A stretch of DNA of 64,000 nucleotides from an uncultured delta proteobacterium (GTDB lineage Bacteria > Myxococcota_A > Polyangia > Haliangiales > Haliangiaceae): assembly GCA_963848295.1 (NCBI GenBank), contig CAWKDB010000010.1:1376001-1440000 (forward strand), written 5' to 3'. The translations under genes and the position numbers were made by a program. Of the stretch, positions 18,729 to 27,855 are shown piece by piece. The first letter of the stretch is position 1. Each line of letters begins with the position of its first letter. The notes beneath the pieces are model-generated. The model made no database searches and had not been told where the DNA came from. It worked only from the letters and a program-made list of their open reading frames with translations.

Positions 18729-19586
18729 GTGAGGGTCCACCTGTTCGACGGCACCTACGAGCTGTTCCGCTCGTGGTTCGGCGCGCCGCCCGGCGAAGCG
18801 CACGGCAAAGAGGTCGGTGCGACGCGAGGCTTTCTGCGCAGCCTCGCGACCGTGTTGCGCACGGGCGCGATCACCCACGGCGGTGTCGCGTTCGATCACG
18901 TCATCGAGTCGTTCCGCAACGACTTGTTCCCCGGCTACAAGACCGGCGAAGGCCTCGACCCGCGCCTCGTCGCGCAGTTTCCGCTCGTCGAGCGCGCCGC
19001 GGCCGCGCTCGGGCTCGCGGTCTGGCCAATGATCGAGTTCGAAGCCGATGACGCGATCGGCACCGCCGCGGCGGCGCTCGCGAAGGACGCGCACGTCGAG
19101 CAGATCCGGATCGTGTCGCCCGATAAAGATATGTGCCAGTGCGTGACCGGCACGCACGTCGTCACGTGGGATCGCTGGAAGGACGTCGTGCTCGACGAGC
19201 CGGCGGTGGTCGCAAAGCACGGCGTGTCGCCGGAATCGATCCCCGATCTGCTCGCGCTCGTCGGCGACACCGCGGACGGCATTCCGGGCTTGCCCGGCTG
19301 GGGCAAGTTGTCGGCCGGCAAGATCTTGACGGAGTACCGCCATCTCGACGCGATCCCCGACGATCCGAAGAGCTGGCGCGTGACCATCCGCGGTGCCGAC
19401 AAGCTCGCGCGCTCGCTGCGAGATCAGCGCGACGACGCGGCGCTGTACCGACTGCTCGCGACGCTGCGCACGGACTGCCCGATCGCGTGCGACATCGAAG
19501 CCGTCGCATGGAGAGGCCCCGACCTCGCAGCCCTCGGGGAGCTGTGTGAAGAAATCGGCCTCGCGCGCGATGCGATCCGGCTGTGA
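18729..19586 (+). CDS. Stand-alone 5'-3' exonuclease / flap endonuclease
   Basis: DGTYELFR, SFRNDLFPGYK, EFEADDAIGT, SPDKD, LVGDTADGIPGLPGWG. Confidence 0.93.
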   Translation: MRVHLFDGTYELFRSWFGAPPGEAHGKEVGATRGFLRSLATVLRTGAITHGGVAFDHVIESFRNDLFPGYKTGEGLDPRLVAQFPLVERAAAALGLAVWPMIEFEADDAIGTAAAALAKDAHVEQIRIVSPDKDMCQCVTGTHVVTWDRWKDVVLDEPAVVAKHGVSPESIPDLLALVGDTADGIPGLPGWGKLSAGKILTEYRHLDAIPDDPKSWRVTIRGADKLARSLRDQRDDAALYRLLATLRTDCPIACDIEAVAWRGPDLAALGELCEEIGLARDAIRL

Positions 19587-19604
19587 TCGAGCCAAGCTTC
19601 GAGC

Positions 19605-20321
19605 GTGCACCCCCTCGCCGTCGTTTGGCTCGCGCCCGCGCTCGCGCTCGCGCTCGCGGCGTGTGGCGCGGCCCACCTGCCGCCGCCACCTCGCACGACC
19701 GGCTCGATCGTCGGGCTCGCGCGCGATCACGATAGCGGCGACCCGATCGCGCAAGCGGAGCTACGGCTCCGGGCGCAAGGCTCGTTCGCGCCTATGGTCG
19801 CGCACTCGGCGAGCAACGGTACGTATGCGTTCGATCACCTCGAGCCCGGCCTGTACAGCCTCGATGCGACCTTCGCAGGTCAGCCGGTGTTCGTGCAGAA
19901 CATCGCGGTGCGCCAAGGCAACGCGACGTTCGTCGACGTCGTGTTCACGCTCGGCCACCCCGACGCGATCCACATCGACTTCGGCAACTGGCACGATGGC
20001 GAGATCGCGTACTGCCACCCGCATCGGCTCGGCGGCCAGCTCGCGATGATCGAGGGCACGATCAGCGACACCCGTTCGCGCGATCGCGTCCCGGGGGCGG
20101 TCGTCACGGTGTCCGGGGGCCCGAACCGCGAGGTCGAGCAAGCGGTGTCCGACGACCAGGGCAGGTACGAGTTCGACGCGCTCGCGCCCGGCACGTACGA
20201 GGTCAGCGCGTACTACTCGATCTCGGGCCGCGCGCAGATCGAGGTCCGGCGCAGTGATGTCCACGTCGCCGGTGCCGAGGCCGCGATCGTGCCGCTGTGG
20301 ATCGAGATCGCGAAGCAGTAG
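19605..20321 (+). CDS. Lipoprotein with two carboxypeptidase-regulatory-like domains
   Basis: Lipobox LAAC; two G.I.G...GA.V...SD..G.Y.F..L.PG.Y repeats. Confidence 0.85.
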   Translation: MHPLAVVWLAPALALALAACGAAHLPPPPRTTGSIVGLARDHDSGDPIAQAELRLRAQGSFAPMVAHSASNGTYAFDHLEPGLYSLDATFAGQPVFVQNIAVRQGNATFVDVVFTLGHPDAIHIDFGNWHDGEIAYCHPHRLGGQLAMIEGTISDTRSRDRVPGAVVTVSGGPNREVEQAVSDDQGRYEFDALAPGTYEVSAYYSISGRAQIEVRRSDVHVAGAEAAIVPLWIEIAKQ

Positions 20322-20351
20322 CCCGCGGCCGATCGCCCGTTTACCGGGCCG

Positions 20352-20912
20352 CTAGTCGAACCAGTAGCGGGCGCCGACCGAGATATCGAGATCCGGCAAG
20401 ATCGTGTGGTCGTAATTGACGAACAGGTCGACGACGAAAGCGGCCTGGATGAACGCGTCGAGCGGGATCTCGTTGAAGTCGAAGGACACGCCGGCCGGCA
20501 CGCGAACGCCGAACGCGTAGGCGCGGGCATCGGGATTGTTGTTCGCGGCGTCGTTGAAAGGAAACTCCAGGAATCGACCGCCGACGCCGAAGAAGAAGGG
20601 CAGCTCGAACGCGTCCGCCGACACGAACGACAGCGGGTGCCACAAGTAGTCGGCGTAGGTGTTGAAGCCGCGTTGGTTATAAAAGTAGTCGTACGAGTAG
20701 CCCGCACCGAAGTCGATCGCCTGACTGCCGCCCTCGGATAGGAAGTACTTGCCGTTGACCCCGATCGGGGACCCGAGCTCGAGGCCAAGGCCGAACGTCT
20801 TGTTCGATTCGAACCGCTTGTTGTGGCCGGCCGGGCGAGGCCGAGCCAGAGCCGAGCTCGCGACAGCGCCGACGAGCGCCAAGGCGATCGCGATAGAGCT
20901 GTTAGCTTTCAT
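20352..20912 (-). CDS. Small outer-membrane beta-barrel-like protein
   Basis: Signal peptide MKANSSIAIAL...ALA; FGLGLELGSPIGVNGKYFL; amphipathic strands; C-terminal GARYWFD. Confidence 0.8.
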   Translation of the reverse strand: MKANSSIAIALALVGAVASSALARPRPAGHNKRFESNKTFGLGLELGSPIGVNGKYFLSEGGSQAIDFGAGYSYDYFYNQRGFNTYADYLWHPLSFVSADAFELPFFFGVGGRFLEFPFNDAANNNPDARAYAFGVRVPAGVSFDFNEIPLDAFIQAAFVVDLFVNYDHTILPDLDISVGARYWFD

Positions 20913-20968
20913 GGCACCGATCGTAAGCCGTACTTCGCGTCGCGACGATCGCCGTGCAACAATAAGGT

Positions 20969-22552
20969 GTGCGGTTCGCGCCCGCCTGGCGGTTCGTCTT
21001 GACGTCGAGTGTCGCTTGTGGCTCGGCACCGGGCGGACAGCTCGCGCCGCCGCAAGCGCCGCCCGCACCGACGGCTCCACCCGCGCCGCCGATTCCGCAC
21101 GATGCCGCGCTCCCGCCTGCTCCCGATCTACCGAAGCTATCGTGCGATGCCGGGACCACGCCGATGCCGGCGGTGTTCCCCGAGCCCACGTGGTTTTGCG
21201 TACGTGATGGCGGCGTCCGGCAGGGGCCGTTCATCACGATGTTCCCGGACGACACGATCGAGATCAACGGCTCGTACAAAGACGGCAAGCTCGATGGGCC
21301 TTGGCAGCGGCACTATCCCGGCGGCGCCCTCGCCGAAGACGGCAGCTACACGGCCGGGCAGAAAGACGGCAAGTGGCGCCAGCTCTCGCCGACCGGCGCG
21401 GTGCTCGGCGAATACGAGATGAAAGCGGGCACCGGCACCGAGCGCCGTTGGTACGATGAAGGTCCGCTGTACAGCGAGCGTGGATTGCGCGGCGGTGTCG
21501 CGAACGGCCCGGCGAAGATCCTCGCGCCCGACGGCACGGTCCTGGTCAGCGCGAGGTACTGGGCCGGCAAGCTCGATGGTCCGCACGTCGTCGGCTACAA
21601 GCCATCGCTGCGCGTCGAGGAGACGTTCGGTCATGGCGTGCGCTTCGGCTCGCGCCAGATCTGGCAGTTCTGGCAGCTGCTGATCGACGAGGAATACGAC
21701 AACCACGGCAAGCTCGACGGCTCGTTCACGATCTGGCGCGACAAGAAGGTCCCGCGCGTCCAAGGCCGTTACGACCACGGCAAGCGCACCGGCACGTGGA
21801 CCTGGTTCGATCGCGGCAACAACAAGGAACGCGAGGGCGGTTTCGCCGACGGCAAGCGCGATGGCACGTGGACCGAGTGGTACGAGAACAAGGTCACGTT
21901 CACCGGCACGTACGTCGACGGCAAACCGGACGGCGACTTCACGTACTCCGATCGCGCCGGCAAGCAGATCGGCGAGTTCACGATGAAGGACGGCACGGGC
22001 ACGATGGAGACGTTCTGGCCGAACCATCAGGTCGCGACGCGGACGCGGCTCTATCAAGGCGATATGGACGGCGCCTACGAAGAGCTGACGCCGCACAAGA
22101 AGCGCGTCGTGCTCGGCTCGTACTCCGGCAATCGCAAGAACGGCTGGTGGCGCGAGTGGACCGAGCTCGGCGTGCTCACGCTCGAAGAGCACTGGAAGCG
22201 CGGCAAGCTCGACGGCTCGATGAAGAAGTACATCGATGGCAAGGTCGCGGTCGATGCGACGTACAAAGACGGCAAGCTCGAGGGGCCGTACACCGAGCTC
22301 AGGGGCGGCAAGCCGGCGCTGTCCGGGCAATGGACCGGCGATCGCAAGACCGGGACGTGGACCGAGTACGACGACGCCGGCTCGGTCACGCTGACCGCGA
22401 GCTACAAAGACGGCGTGCTCGACGGGCCGTGGCACCAGTTGATCGGCGGCGCCGTGATCGAGGGCACGATGGCCGCCGGACGGCGCTCGGGCGAATGGAA
22501 GCGCACCGACAAGGCGGGCACGGTCCAAACGACGGTTTACAAGACGCCGTAA
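20969..22552 (+). CDS. MORN-variant (YwqK-like) repeat lipoprotein
   Basis: Many G.Y.DGK.DG.W..Y repeats; N-terminal SVAC followed by a Pro-rich linker. Confidence 0.9.
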   Translation: MRFAPAWRFVLTSSVACGSAPGGQLAPPQAPPAPTAPPAPPIPHDAALPPAPDLPKLSCDAGTTPMPAVFPEPTWFCVRDGGVRQGPFITMFPDDTIEINGSYKDGKLDGPWQRHYPGGALAEDGSYTAGQKDGKWRQLSPTGAVLGEYEMKAGTGTERRWYDEGPLYSERGLRGGVANGPAKILAPDGTVLVSARYWAGKLDGPHVVGYKPSLRVEETFGHGVRFGSRQIWQFWQLLIDEEYDNHGKLDGSFTIWRDKKVPRVQGRYDHGKRTGTWTWFDRGNNKEREGGFADGKRDGTWTEWYENKVTFTGTYVDGKPDGDFTYSDRAGKQIGEFTMKDGTGTMETFWPNHQVATRTRLYQGDMDGAYEELTPHKKRVVLGSYSGNRKNGWWREWTELGVLTLEEHWKRGKLDGSMKKYIDGKVAVDATYKDGKLEGPYTELRGGKPALSGQWTGDRKTGTWTEYDDAGSVTLTASYKDGVLDGPWHQLIGGAVIEGTMAAGRRSGEWKRTDKAGTVQTTVYKTP

Positions 22553-22653
22553 CGCCGCGCCCGGCTTGGCACGTGTGGTTGAACCGGAGCTGCAACGAAG
22601 ATATTCCCGAGTGCAACCTCCGGCCGGCTCGCGCGTTCTTAGCTGTGTCAGCC

Positions 22654-23364
22654 GTGAACCGCGACGCCAAGACCCAATCGGCACTCCTCGCGCTTGCCCG
22701 CAACCGCCGCATGCAGCGCGCGGTCGCTCACGCGTACATCCATCGCGACACGCCGATCCCGACGCTGCGCGCCTCACTCGGCTTCATGACCTCCACCGCG
22801 TGCACCGCCGAGCTCGAGCACGCGACGCTCGCCCCGCCCGGCCACAGCATGCGGGTGCTCGGGGTGTCGCTGCTCGAGGGCGTCGCGTACGTCTGCGAGG
22901 AGCTCGATCCCGGCGAACCGCCGATCGCGTACCGCCTGTTCTTGCGCGGCGCGCGCGCTGGCTACCTCGTGCCGATCCACGCGTGGTACGAGCACTGCGG
23001 CCCGTCCGACGAGGTTCGCGCCCGGGTCGCCGCCGTCGGTTCCACGCTCGAGCCGGTCGTCAAGATCACGACCGAGGCATGGATGCTGTCGACCCGCGTC
23101 GTGCAACGCCGCGCGCTCCGCGTCGCCGGCCAGGCCGTGCCGATCCGAAAGTTCGCGCTCCAACTCGCGGTCGACCCGGTCAGCGGCCATGGCCCTTTCG
23201 GCCGCACCACGGTGACCGCGTTCCTGAGGCCGAATGCCACGCTGCTCGACGTCTGGGCGGTCCCCGGCGACGCGACCTTGGCGATCGCGCGCGTCTCGTA
23301 CACCGGCATCCCGAGCGGCGTCGGACTCACCAAAGATACCGTCGTGCTGCTCGCCCAAGCGTGA
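22654..23364 (+). CDS. Hypothetical protein (start 22654 or 22786)
   Basis: 3' part of ORF 21796-23364 has normal amino-acid composition and fills the gap. Confidence 0.65.
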   Translation: MNRDAKTQSALLALARNRRMQRAVAHAYIHRDTPIPTLRASLGFMTSTACTAELEHATLAPPGHSMRVLGVSLLEGVAYVCEELDPGEPPIAYRLFLRGARAGYLVPIHAWYEHCGPSDEVRARVAAVGSTLEPVVKITTEAWMLSTRVVQRRALRVAGQAVPIRKFALQLAVDPVSGHGPFGRTTVTAFLRPNATLLDVWAVPGDATLAIARVSYTGIPSGVGLTKDTVVLLAQA

Positions 23365-23383
23365 CGGAGATCGCCAAGGCTCG

Positions 23384-23923
23384 TCACCGGGTGAGCGTGT
23401 CGCAATCGATCAGCTTGAGCTCGACCGGATCACCGTGTTCGTCCGGCCCCGAGCTGGAGGTGGATTCGGTCTGCGATGTCAGGCCTCCGGATGACATCGC
23501 GAACGTCGTGGTGCTCGTATCACCCGAGCGCGCGTCGGTGCGCTTGATCGTCCACGACGTCCACTGCCACGGCGGTCCTTCGAGCTTGCCTTCGGCGCCG
23601 ACCCCGTCGTGGGTGGTGACCTTCGTCAGCGTGTCGAGCTTCACGCCGTGGACCGAGAACATTTCGGTCGACGGGCGCTGGCCTTTCGCGAGTCGGACGA
23701 GCGCGATCGTCCGGTGCGTGGGATCGAGCGTGATGCGAAGGGCGTCCTCGGGACGGGCCGTCGCGCGATAGCACGTCGTGGTCGGCGCGATCTGCGCCGG
23801 GCGAGCGAGCGCAGCGGATGGGGACGTCGCGCCAGCAGCGGGTTGTCCATGGTCGCTCGATGTCGGCTGCGACGAGCTCGAGCAGCCGACGACCGCGATT
23901 ACGCACACCCATGTGCCGTGCAC
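23384..23923 (-). CDS. Hypothetical lipoprotein
   Basis: Lipobox VVGC, Ser-rich linker; TAGGAT 6 nt upstream. Confidence 0.7.
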   Translation of the reverse strand: MHGTWVCVIAVVGCSSSSQPTSSDHGQPAAGATSPSAALARPAQIAPTTTCYRATARPEDALRITLDPTHRTIALVRLAKGQRPSTEMFSVHGVKLDTLTKVTTHDGVGAEGKLEGPPWQWTSWTIKRTDARSGDTSTTTFAMSSGGLTSQTESTSSSGPDEHGDPVELKLIDCDTLTR

Positions 23924-24010
23924 GGCGTCATCCTAACACCCGAGGTGCGCGCCGGATCGGCCGTCCCACGGGACGTAGTGTGGCGGCGTCAGGCCGCGTA
24001 AGGTGCGTGC

Positions 24011-24229
24011 ATGCGATCCTCGGTCCTGTTGTCGGCGCTGATCGTGGCGACCTCGGCGCGCGACCTCGGCGCGAATGGCCGGCCGCCGGAGATCGTATCG
24101 ATCCACTTCCGGTCGGGCCATGCCGACATCGTCATGGGCGCGACGTTCGGGGTCGTGCTCAGCCGAGATGGCGGCTCGAGCTGGCAGGAGCAGATCGCGG
24201 ATCCTGCGATTACCGAGTGTGGGATCTGA
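24011..24229 (+). pseudogene. Truncated N-terminus of a secreted BNR/Asp-box beta-propeller protein
   Basis: Signal peptide, ANGRPP...GATFGVVL, one Asp-box SRDGGSSW, then a stop after 72 aa. Confidence 0.55.
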
Positions 24230-24243
24230 CGCTACAGGCCGGC

Positions 24244-24816
24244 TCACCACATCTGGAGCGCGCAGCCCAGCGTCTTGCCCTCGGGCCGGCGCGGCGGCCG
24301 ACCAGCGGTGAGATCGTCGAGCGCATCGGCGAGAAACGGGGTCGCGTCGGCACGTAGGTGCGACTTGTCCGCGTCGATACCACCGCGATAACGAATCTGG
24401 CCCGCCGAGTCGACGACCACCGAGTAGGTCGCGTAGACGGCGCCGAGCAAGGTCGCGAGCTTCGCCCCGGGATCGAGCAAGATCGGCGCGGGAAGCTTGC
24501 GCGCCTGTACCTCGTGGGCGTCTTCGTCCATCGTTCGACCGATTTCCGGATCGACGAACACGAACCGGACGCCACGCGGACTGAACTTGTCGACCAGTGC
24601 GCGCAGCCGTGGCTCGTGCGCGCCGAAGCACAAACAGTCCTTCGAGAAGAACACGAACACCGTGAACGGGGCGGCGGCCAGGTCGCGTGGATAACTCTCG
24701 ACCGCACCGGAGGTGGCGGTGAGCGTGAGGCTCGGCCAGTCGCCGGGCGCGATCGGCTTGGGCGTCGAAACACACGCGCCGAGCGCCAGACCCAACGCGA
24801 CCGATGTCCACTTCAT
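24244..24816 (-). CDS. Redoxin/AhpC-TSA family lipoprotein
   Basis: Lipobox LGAC; VFVFFSKDCLC; RYRGGID; C-terminal GCAL. ATGA-coupled to the upstream gene. Confidence 0.88.
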   Translation of the reverse strand: MKWTSVALGLALGACVSTPKPIAPGDWPSLTLTATSGAVESYPRDLAAAPFTVFVFFSKDCLCFGAHEPRLRALVDKFSPRGVRFVFVDPEIGRTMDEDAHEVQARKLPAPILLDPGAKLATLLGAVYATYSVVVDSAGQIRYRGGIDADKSHLRADATPFLADALDDLTAGRPPRRPEGKTLGCALQMW

Positions 24817-25721
24817 AGCCATGCGTAGATCACCGTGACAGTGGCAGCGACGCCCGCAACGGATTGGTTGGCTCCGAATGCCGAGAGCGGAGGATCGACC
24901 GTCAGGGCACCCTGTAACCTTAGCCGATCGCTGAGCGGCCTGACGCCCGAGATACTAAACGCGATCAACCTGCGATGTGTGCTCGGTTCGGTCACCCCGT
25001 CGATCTTCGCGTCGCCTTCGGCGGTAAACGATCCGGACAGCGCGATCGCGGTCTCCGAACGAAACGTGTAGGCGCCGACGAGCAGCGCAGTCCACTGCGT
25101 CGCGAGTGCCTCGGTGACGCCCTGCGCGGTTCGGTCCGCGCGCTTGGCGACGAGCCCGGTCGCGCCGACCAGCCAAGGCCCGATCGCTTTCTCGAGCGAG
25201 ATCCCGAAATTCGCCTGGTACGTCCCGACACCGGTCGCGTCGGTCGCGAGCGGCTTGGTCGCCGACTCGGGCGGCGTTCCGGTCGGGAACGTGACGCCCG
25301 CGAGCACCGCGATCCCGGGCGCATAGCGCGCCTCGGCCGCGTAGATAAAGTCATAGCGCACGCTCGCGTTGACGTCGCCGATGCCGCCGCCGAGCTCGGA
25401 GTCGGTCGTCGTCTTGCGCCAAGTCTCGACAAGCGGGACGAGCAACGCGGCTTGGCCCCGTGACAACACGCGGACCGCGCCGAACAGATCCTGCTCGAGA
25501 TCGACCTCCGAGGCGCCCGAGGGCATCGCGACGAACGTCCCCGTCGGATCGAAGGAACCGTACCCGTCGGTGAAGCGCGCGTCCGTCCCGACGAGCGCAT
25601 CCTCGTGCAGGGCAAGTCGGCCCGGCGTCACGGCGCTCGACCCGGCACAGCACGCTTGCGCGCGCGCCAGCGCTGGCGCGCCGACTAGTACGGCCAGCAC
25701 GGCCAGCGCGGCCACACCCAC
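24813..25721 (-). CDS. Putative outer-membrane beta-barrel transporter with N-terminal CC motif
   Basis: Signal peptide then QACCAG; GGIGDVNASVRY, FPTG, TGVG patterns typical of MetA-pathway-like barrels. Confidence 0.75.
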   Translation of the reverse strand: MGVAALAVLAVLVGAPALARAQACCAGSSAVTPGRLALHEDALVGTDARFTDGYGSFDPTGTFVAMPSGASEVDLEQDLFGAVRVLSRGQAALLVPLVETWRKTTTDSELGGGIGDVNASVRYDFIYAAEARYAPGIAVLAGVTFPTGTPPESATKPLATDATGVGTYQANFGISLEKAIGPWLVGATGLVAKRADRTAQGVTEALATQWTALLVGAYTFRSETAIALSGSFTAEGDAKIDGVTEPSTHRRLIAFSISGVRPLSDRLRLQGALTVDPPLSAFGANQSVAGVAATVTVIYAWL

Positions 25722-25724
25722 GGT

Positions 25725-26162
25725 TTACTGGACCTGTAGCGAAGGCGCCACGTACGCGGGCAAAGACGCGATCGTCGTCCGTAGCTCCCACGAGCCCGCC
25801 ATGAACAAGTCGAGGTCATCGATCTGGTAAGCGCCTTCCCCGAGCGCGGTGACGACCGGCGTGATCGCGGTGCCGTGTCCCATCGCCGGCATCCACGGGA
25901 CGATGCTCAGCGCGAGTCCATCGACCGGCGAAGCATCGCTCGCGGTCGTGACGATGTACTGCATCGAGTGATTGCCGCGGGTCAGCTGCGGTTCGTGAGC
26001 GAGGACCGCGACCGTGTAGCCACCGTCGCTGGCCTCAGCGACTTGCACGAGCGGCCCGTCGTCGATGCCGGTGCCGTCAGACGTGCATGCCCCGAGTGCC
26101 AGCGCGGCCGCAACAACGTGTCGCGCAGCACACAGCGTCGAGCGCGGAGCGAGCGGCAACAT
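25725..26162 (-). CDS. FixH/YtkA-like lipoprotein
   Basis: Lipobox LGAC; PWMPAMGHG...G.Y....L.L.MAGSWEL. Confidence 0.85.
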   Translation of the reverse strand: MLPLAPRSTLCAARHVVAAALALGACTSDGTGIDDGPLVQVAEASDGGYTVAVLAHEPQLTRGNHSMQYIVTTASDASPVDGLALSIVPWMPAMGHGTAITPVVTALGEGAYQIDDLDLFMAGSWELRTTIASLPAYVAPSLQVQ

Positions 26163-26197
26163 GCGTCGTGTATAGCCTAACCGACCACGCGTCACGC

Positions 26198-26214
26198 TGC
26201 GGTGAGTTTGCGCA
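26198..26214. promoter_or_regulatory. Putative RegA/PrrA-family binding site
   Basis: TGCGGTGAGTTTGCGCA resembles GCGNC-N5-GNCGC; in a divergent intergenic region. Confidence 0.5.
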
Positions 26215-26244
26215 CCCCTCATCTCGACCTCGTCACGAACAGCG

Positions 26245-26261
26245 TGCGGTAAATTTTCGCA
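26245..26261. promoter_or_regulatory. Putative RegA/PrrA-family binding site
   Basis: TGCGGTAAATTTTCGCA, 14 nt upstream of TTGACA (26276-26281). Confidence 0.55.
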
Positions 26262-26311
26262 TCGGGGCTGTCGCATTGACACCGGTACGTTCGAGCTGAG
26301 CAAATGGCTGC

Positions 26312-26953
26312 GTGAAGAGCCAAACGATTCGGTCGATCGTAATTCCCCTTGCCACTCTCGTCGGCGCCGCCGGTGCCGCCGGTGTTCTGATCGTGAGCTG
26401 CAACAGCGATAGTGGGCCCGTCGGCGGCGATGTCGAAGGCGTGATGGACATGCACTGCATCGCGCCCGATGGCGGTTTGATCACGCAAACGACGAGCCAG
26501 AACGACTGCCAGTACCGTCCGCCGATCGACGCGCCTCTTGCGATCGATGCCCCGCCGCCCACCGCCGACGCGCCGCCCGATTTCGGCGCGACGATGTACA
26601 ACGCCACCGGCGACGACGACGATTGCAAGTACCACGTGGTCTGGACGTCGACCCCGATCCAGGAGAACAAGGACGTGTTCTTCACCGTGGTCGCCACCGT
26701 GAATGGCTCGAGCCCACCCGCGTCGGTCACCGGCGCGAACATCTACGCCGAGGTCTACTTGAGCTCGACGCACGAGGCGCCGCCGACCAACCAGAGTGCG
26801 AGCGAGATGCCGCCCGGCACCTACAAGGTCGGCCCGATCCGGTTCGATGCCCCCGGCAACTGGACCGTGCGGTTCCACCTGTTCGAGAACTGTCTCGACT
26901 ACGCGGATGATTCGCCGCACGGGCACGCCGCGTTCTACGTGGACGTGCCGTGA
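26312..26953 (+). CDS. FixH/YtkA-like Cys/His-rich lipoprotein
   Basis: Lipobox IVSC; DDDDCKYHV; G.YKVGPIRFDAPGNWTVRFH...C...SPHGHAAF. Confidence 0.8.
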   Translation: MKSQTIRSIVIPLATLVGAAGAAGVLIVSCNSDSGPVGGDVEGVMDMHCIAPDGGLITQTTSQNDCQYRPPIDAPLAIDAPPPTADAPPDFGATMYNATGDDDDCKYHVVWTSTPIQENKDVFFTVVATVNGSSPPASVTGANIYAEVYLSSTHEAPPTNQSASEMPPGTYKVGPIRFDAPGNWTVRFHLFENCLDYADDSPHGHAAFYVDVP

Positions 26954-26954
26954 C

Positions 26955-27308
26955 GTGCAGCGCGTCGCAGTCGTAGTTGTGGTAGCGGTGTGCACGGCCT
27001 GGTTCGCATGTACGACGAGCCCGAATTGTCCTGCCGACGAACCGATGACGTGTCCGAGCCCGATGCCGAGCTACGCGAACGACGTGGCACCTCTGATCGG
27101 CAAGTACTGCGCGGTCAGCGGGTGCCATGTGCCCGACGGCTCGTCGGCGGATCAGCCGCTGAGCACGTATAGCGACCTGTACGACCGTCGGATCAATGCG
27201 CAGAACCAGATCTATCAGTGCCGGATGCCGTACAACCCACCGGATCCGACGCTCGACGAGCGCGTCACCTTGCTCGGCTGGTTCGTCTGCGGCGCACCGA
27301 ACAACTGA
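26955..27308 (+). CDS. Small lipoprotein with atypical c-type heme motif
   Basis: WFAC lipobox; PSYANDVAPLI..YCAVSGCH...CRMP...LT..ER..L..W...GAPNN. Confidence 0.75.
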   Translation: MQRVAVVVVVAVCTAWFACTTSPNCPADEPMTCPSPMPSYANDVAPLIGKYCAVSGCHVPDGSSADQPLSTYSDLYDRRINAQNQIYQCRMPYNPPDPTLDERVTLLGWFVCGAPNN

Positions 27309-27321
27309 GCGGCGAGCTCGT

Positions 27322-27855
27322 CTAGCGCTTCACCGGAAACTTCGCGAGCTTGTACTGGAGCGTGCGGCGATGCACCCCGAGTGCTCGCGCCGCCATCGAG
27401 ACGTTGCCTCCGCACTCGCGCAGCACGCGCTCGATGTGCTCGCGCTCGAGCTTCGCCAGCGTCGGGATCTCGAACGCGGGACTCGCCGTGGCATCCGGAT
27501 CGAGATCGAACGCGGCGAGGATCTGATCCGCGTGTGCGGGCTTGGTCAAGTAGTTGCGGGCGCCGAGCCGGATCGCCTCGACCGCGGTCGCGATGCTCCC
27601 GTAACCGGTGAGCACGACGACCTCGGTCTCGGGCCGTAGCGCGAGCAAGTCCTGGAGCACGACGAGGCCGTGGCGCCCCGGCATGCGCAGGTCGATCACC
27701 GCCCGATCGATCACGCGCCGGCGCGCGAGCTCGATCGCCGCATCGTGATTCGCGGCGGAGAACGTTTCGTAGCCGCGATCCGCCAGCGCAGCGGTCAGGC
27801 GCTCGCGCAATCGGTCGTCGTCGTCGACCACGAGCATTGTCGGTCGCTCGCTCAT
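27322..27855 (-). CDS. regA: RegA/PrrA/ActR family response regulator
   Basis: VVDDD, DLRM, LTGYGSIATAVEAIRLGA.NYLTKPA, EREHIERVL..CGGNVS.AAR.LG.HRRTLQ.KL.K. Confidence 0.93.
   Translation of the reverse strand: MSERPTMLVVDDDDRLRERLTAALADRGYETFSAANHDAAIELARRRVIDRAVIDLRMPGRHGLVVLQDLLALRPETEVVVLTGYGSIATAVEAIRLGARNYLTKPAHADQILAAFDLDPDATASPAFEIPTLAKLEREHIERVLRECGGNVSMAARALGVHRRTLQYKLAKFPVKR

Noticed and set aside
20969..22552. Toxin-antitoxin system (YwqK-like antitoxin)
   Set aside because: Only generic MORN-variant repeats on a lipoprotein; no toxin neighbour.
22567..22584. Sigma54 promoter TGGCACGTGTGGTTGAA
   Set aside because: -24/-12 spacing is off by one and the -12 GC is missing.
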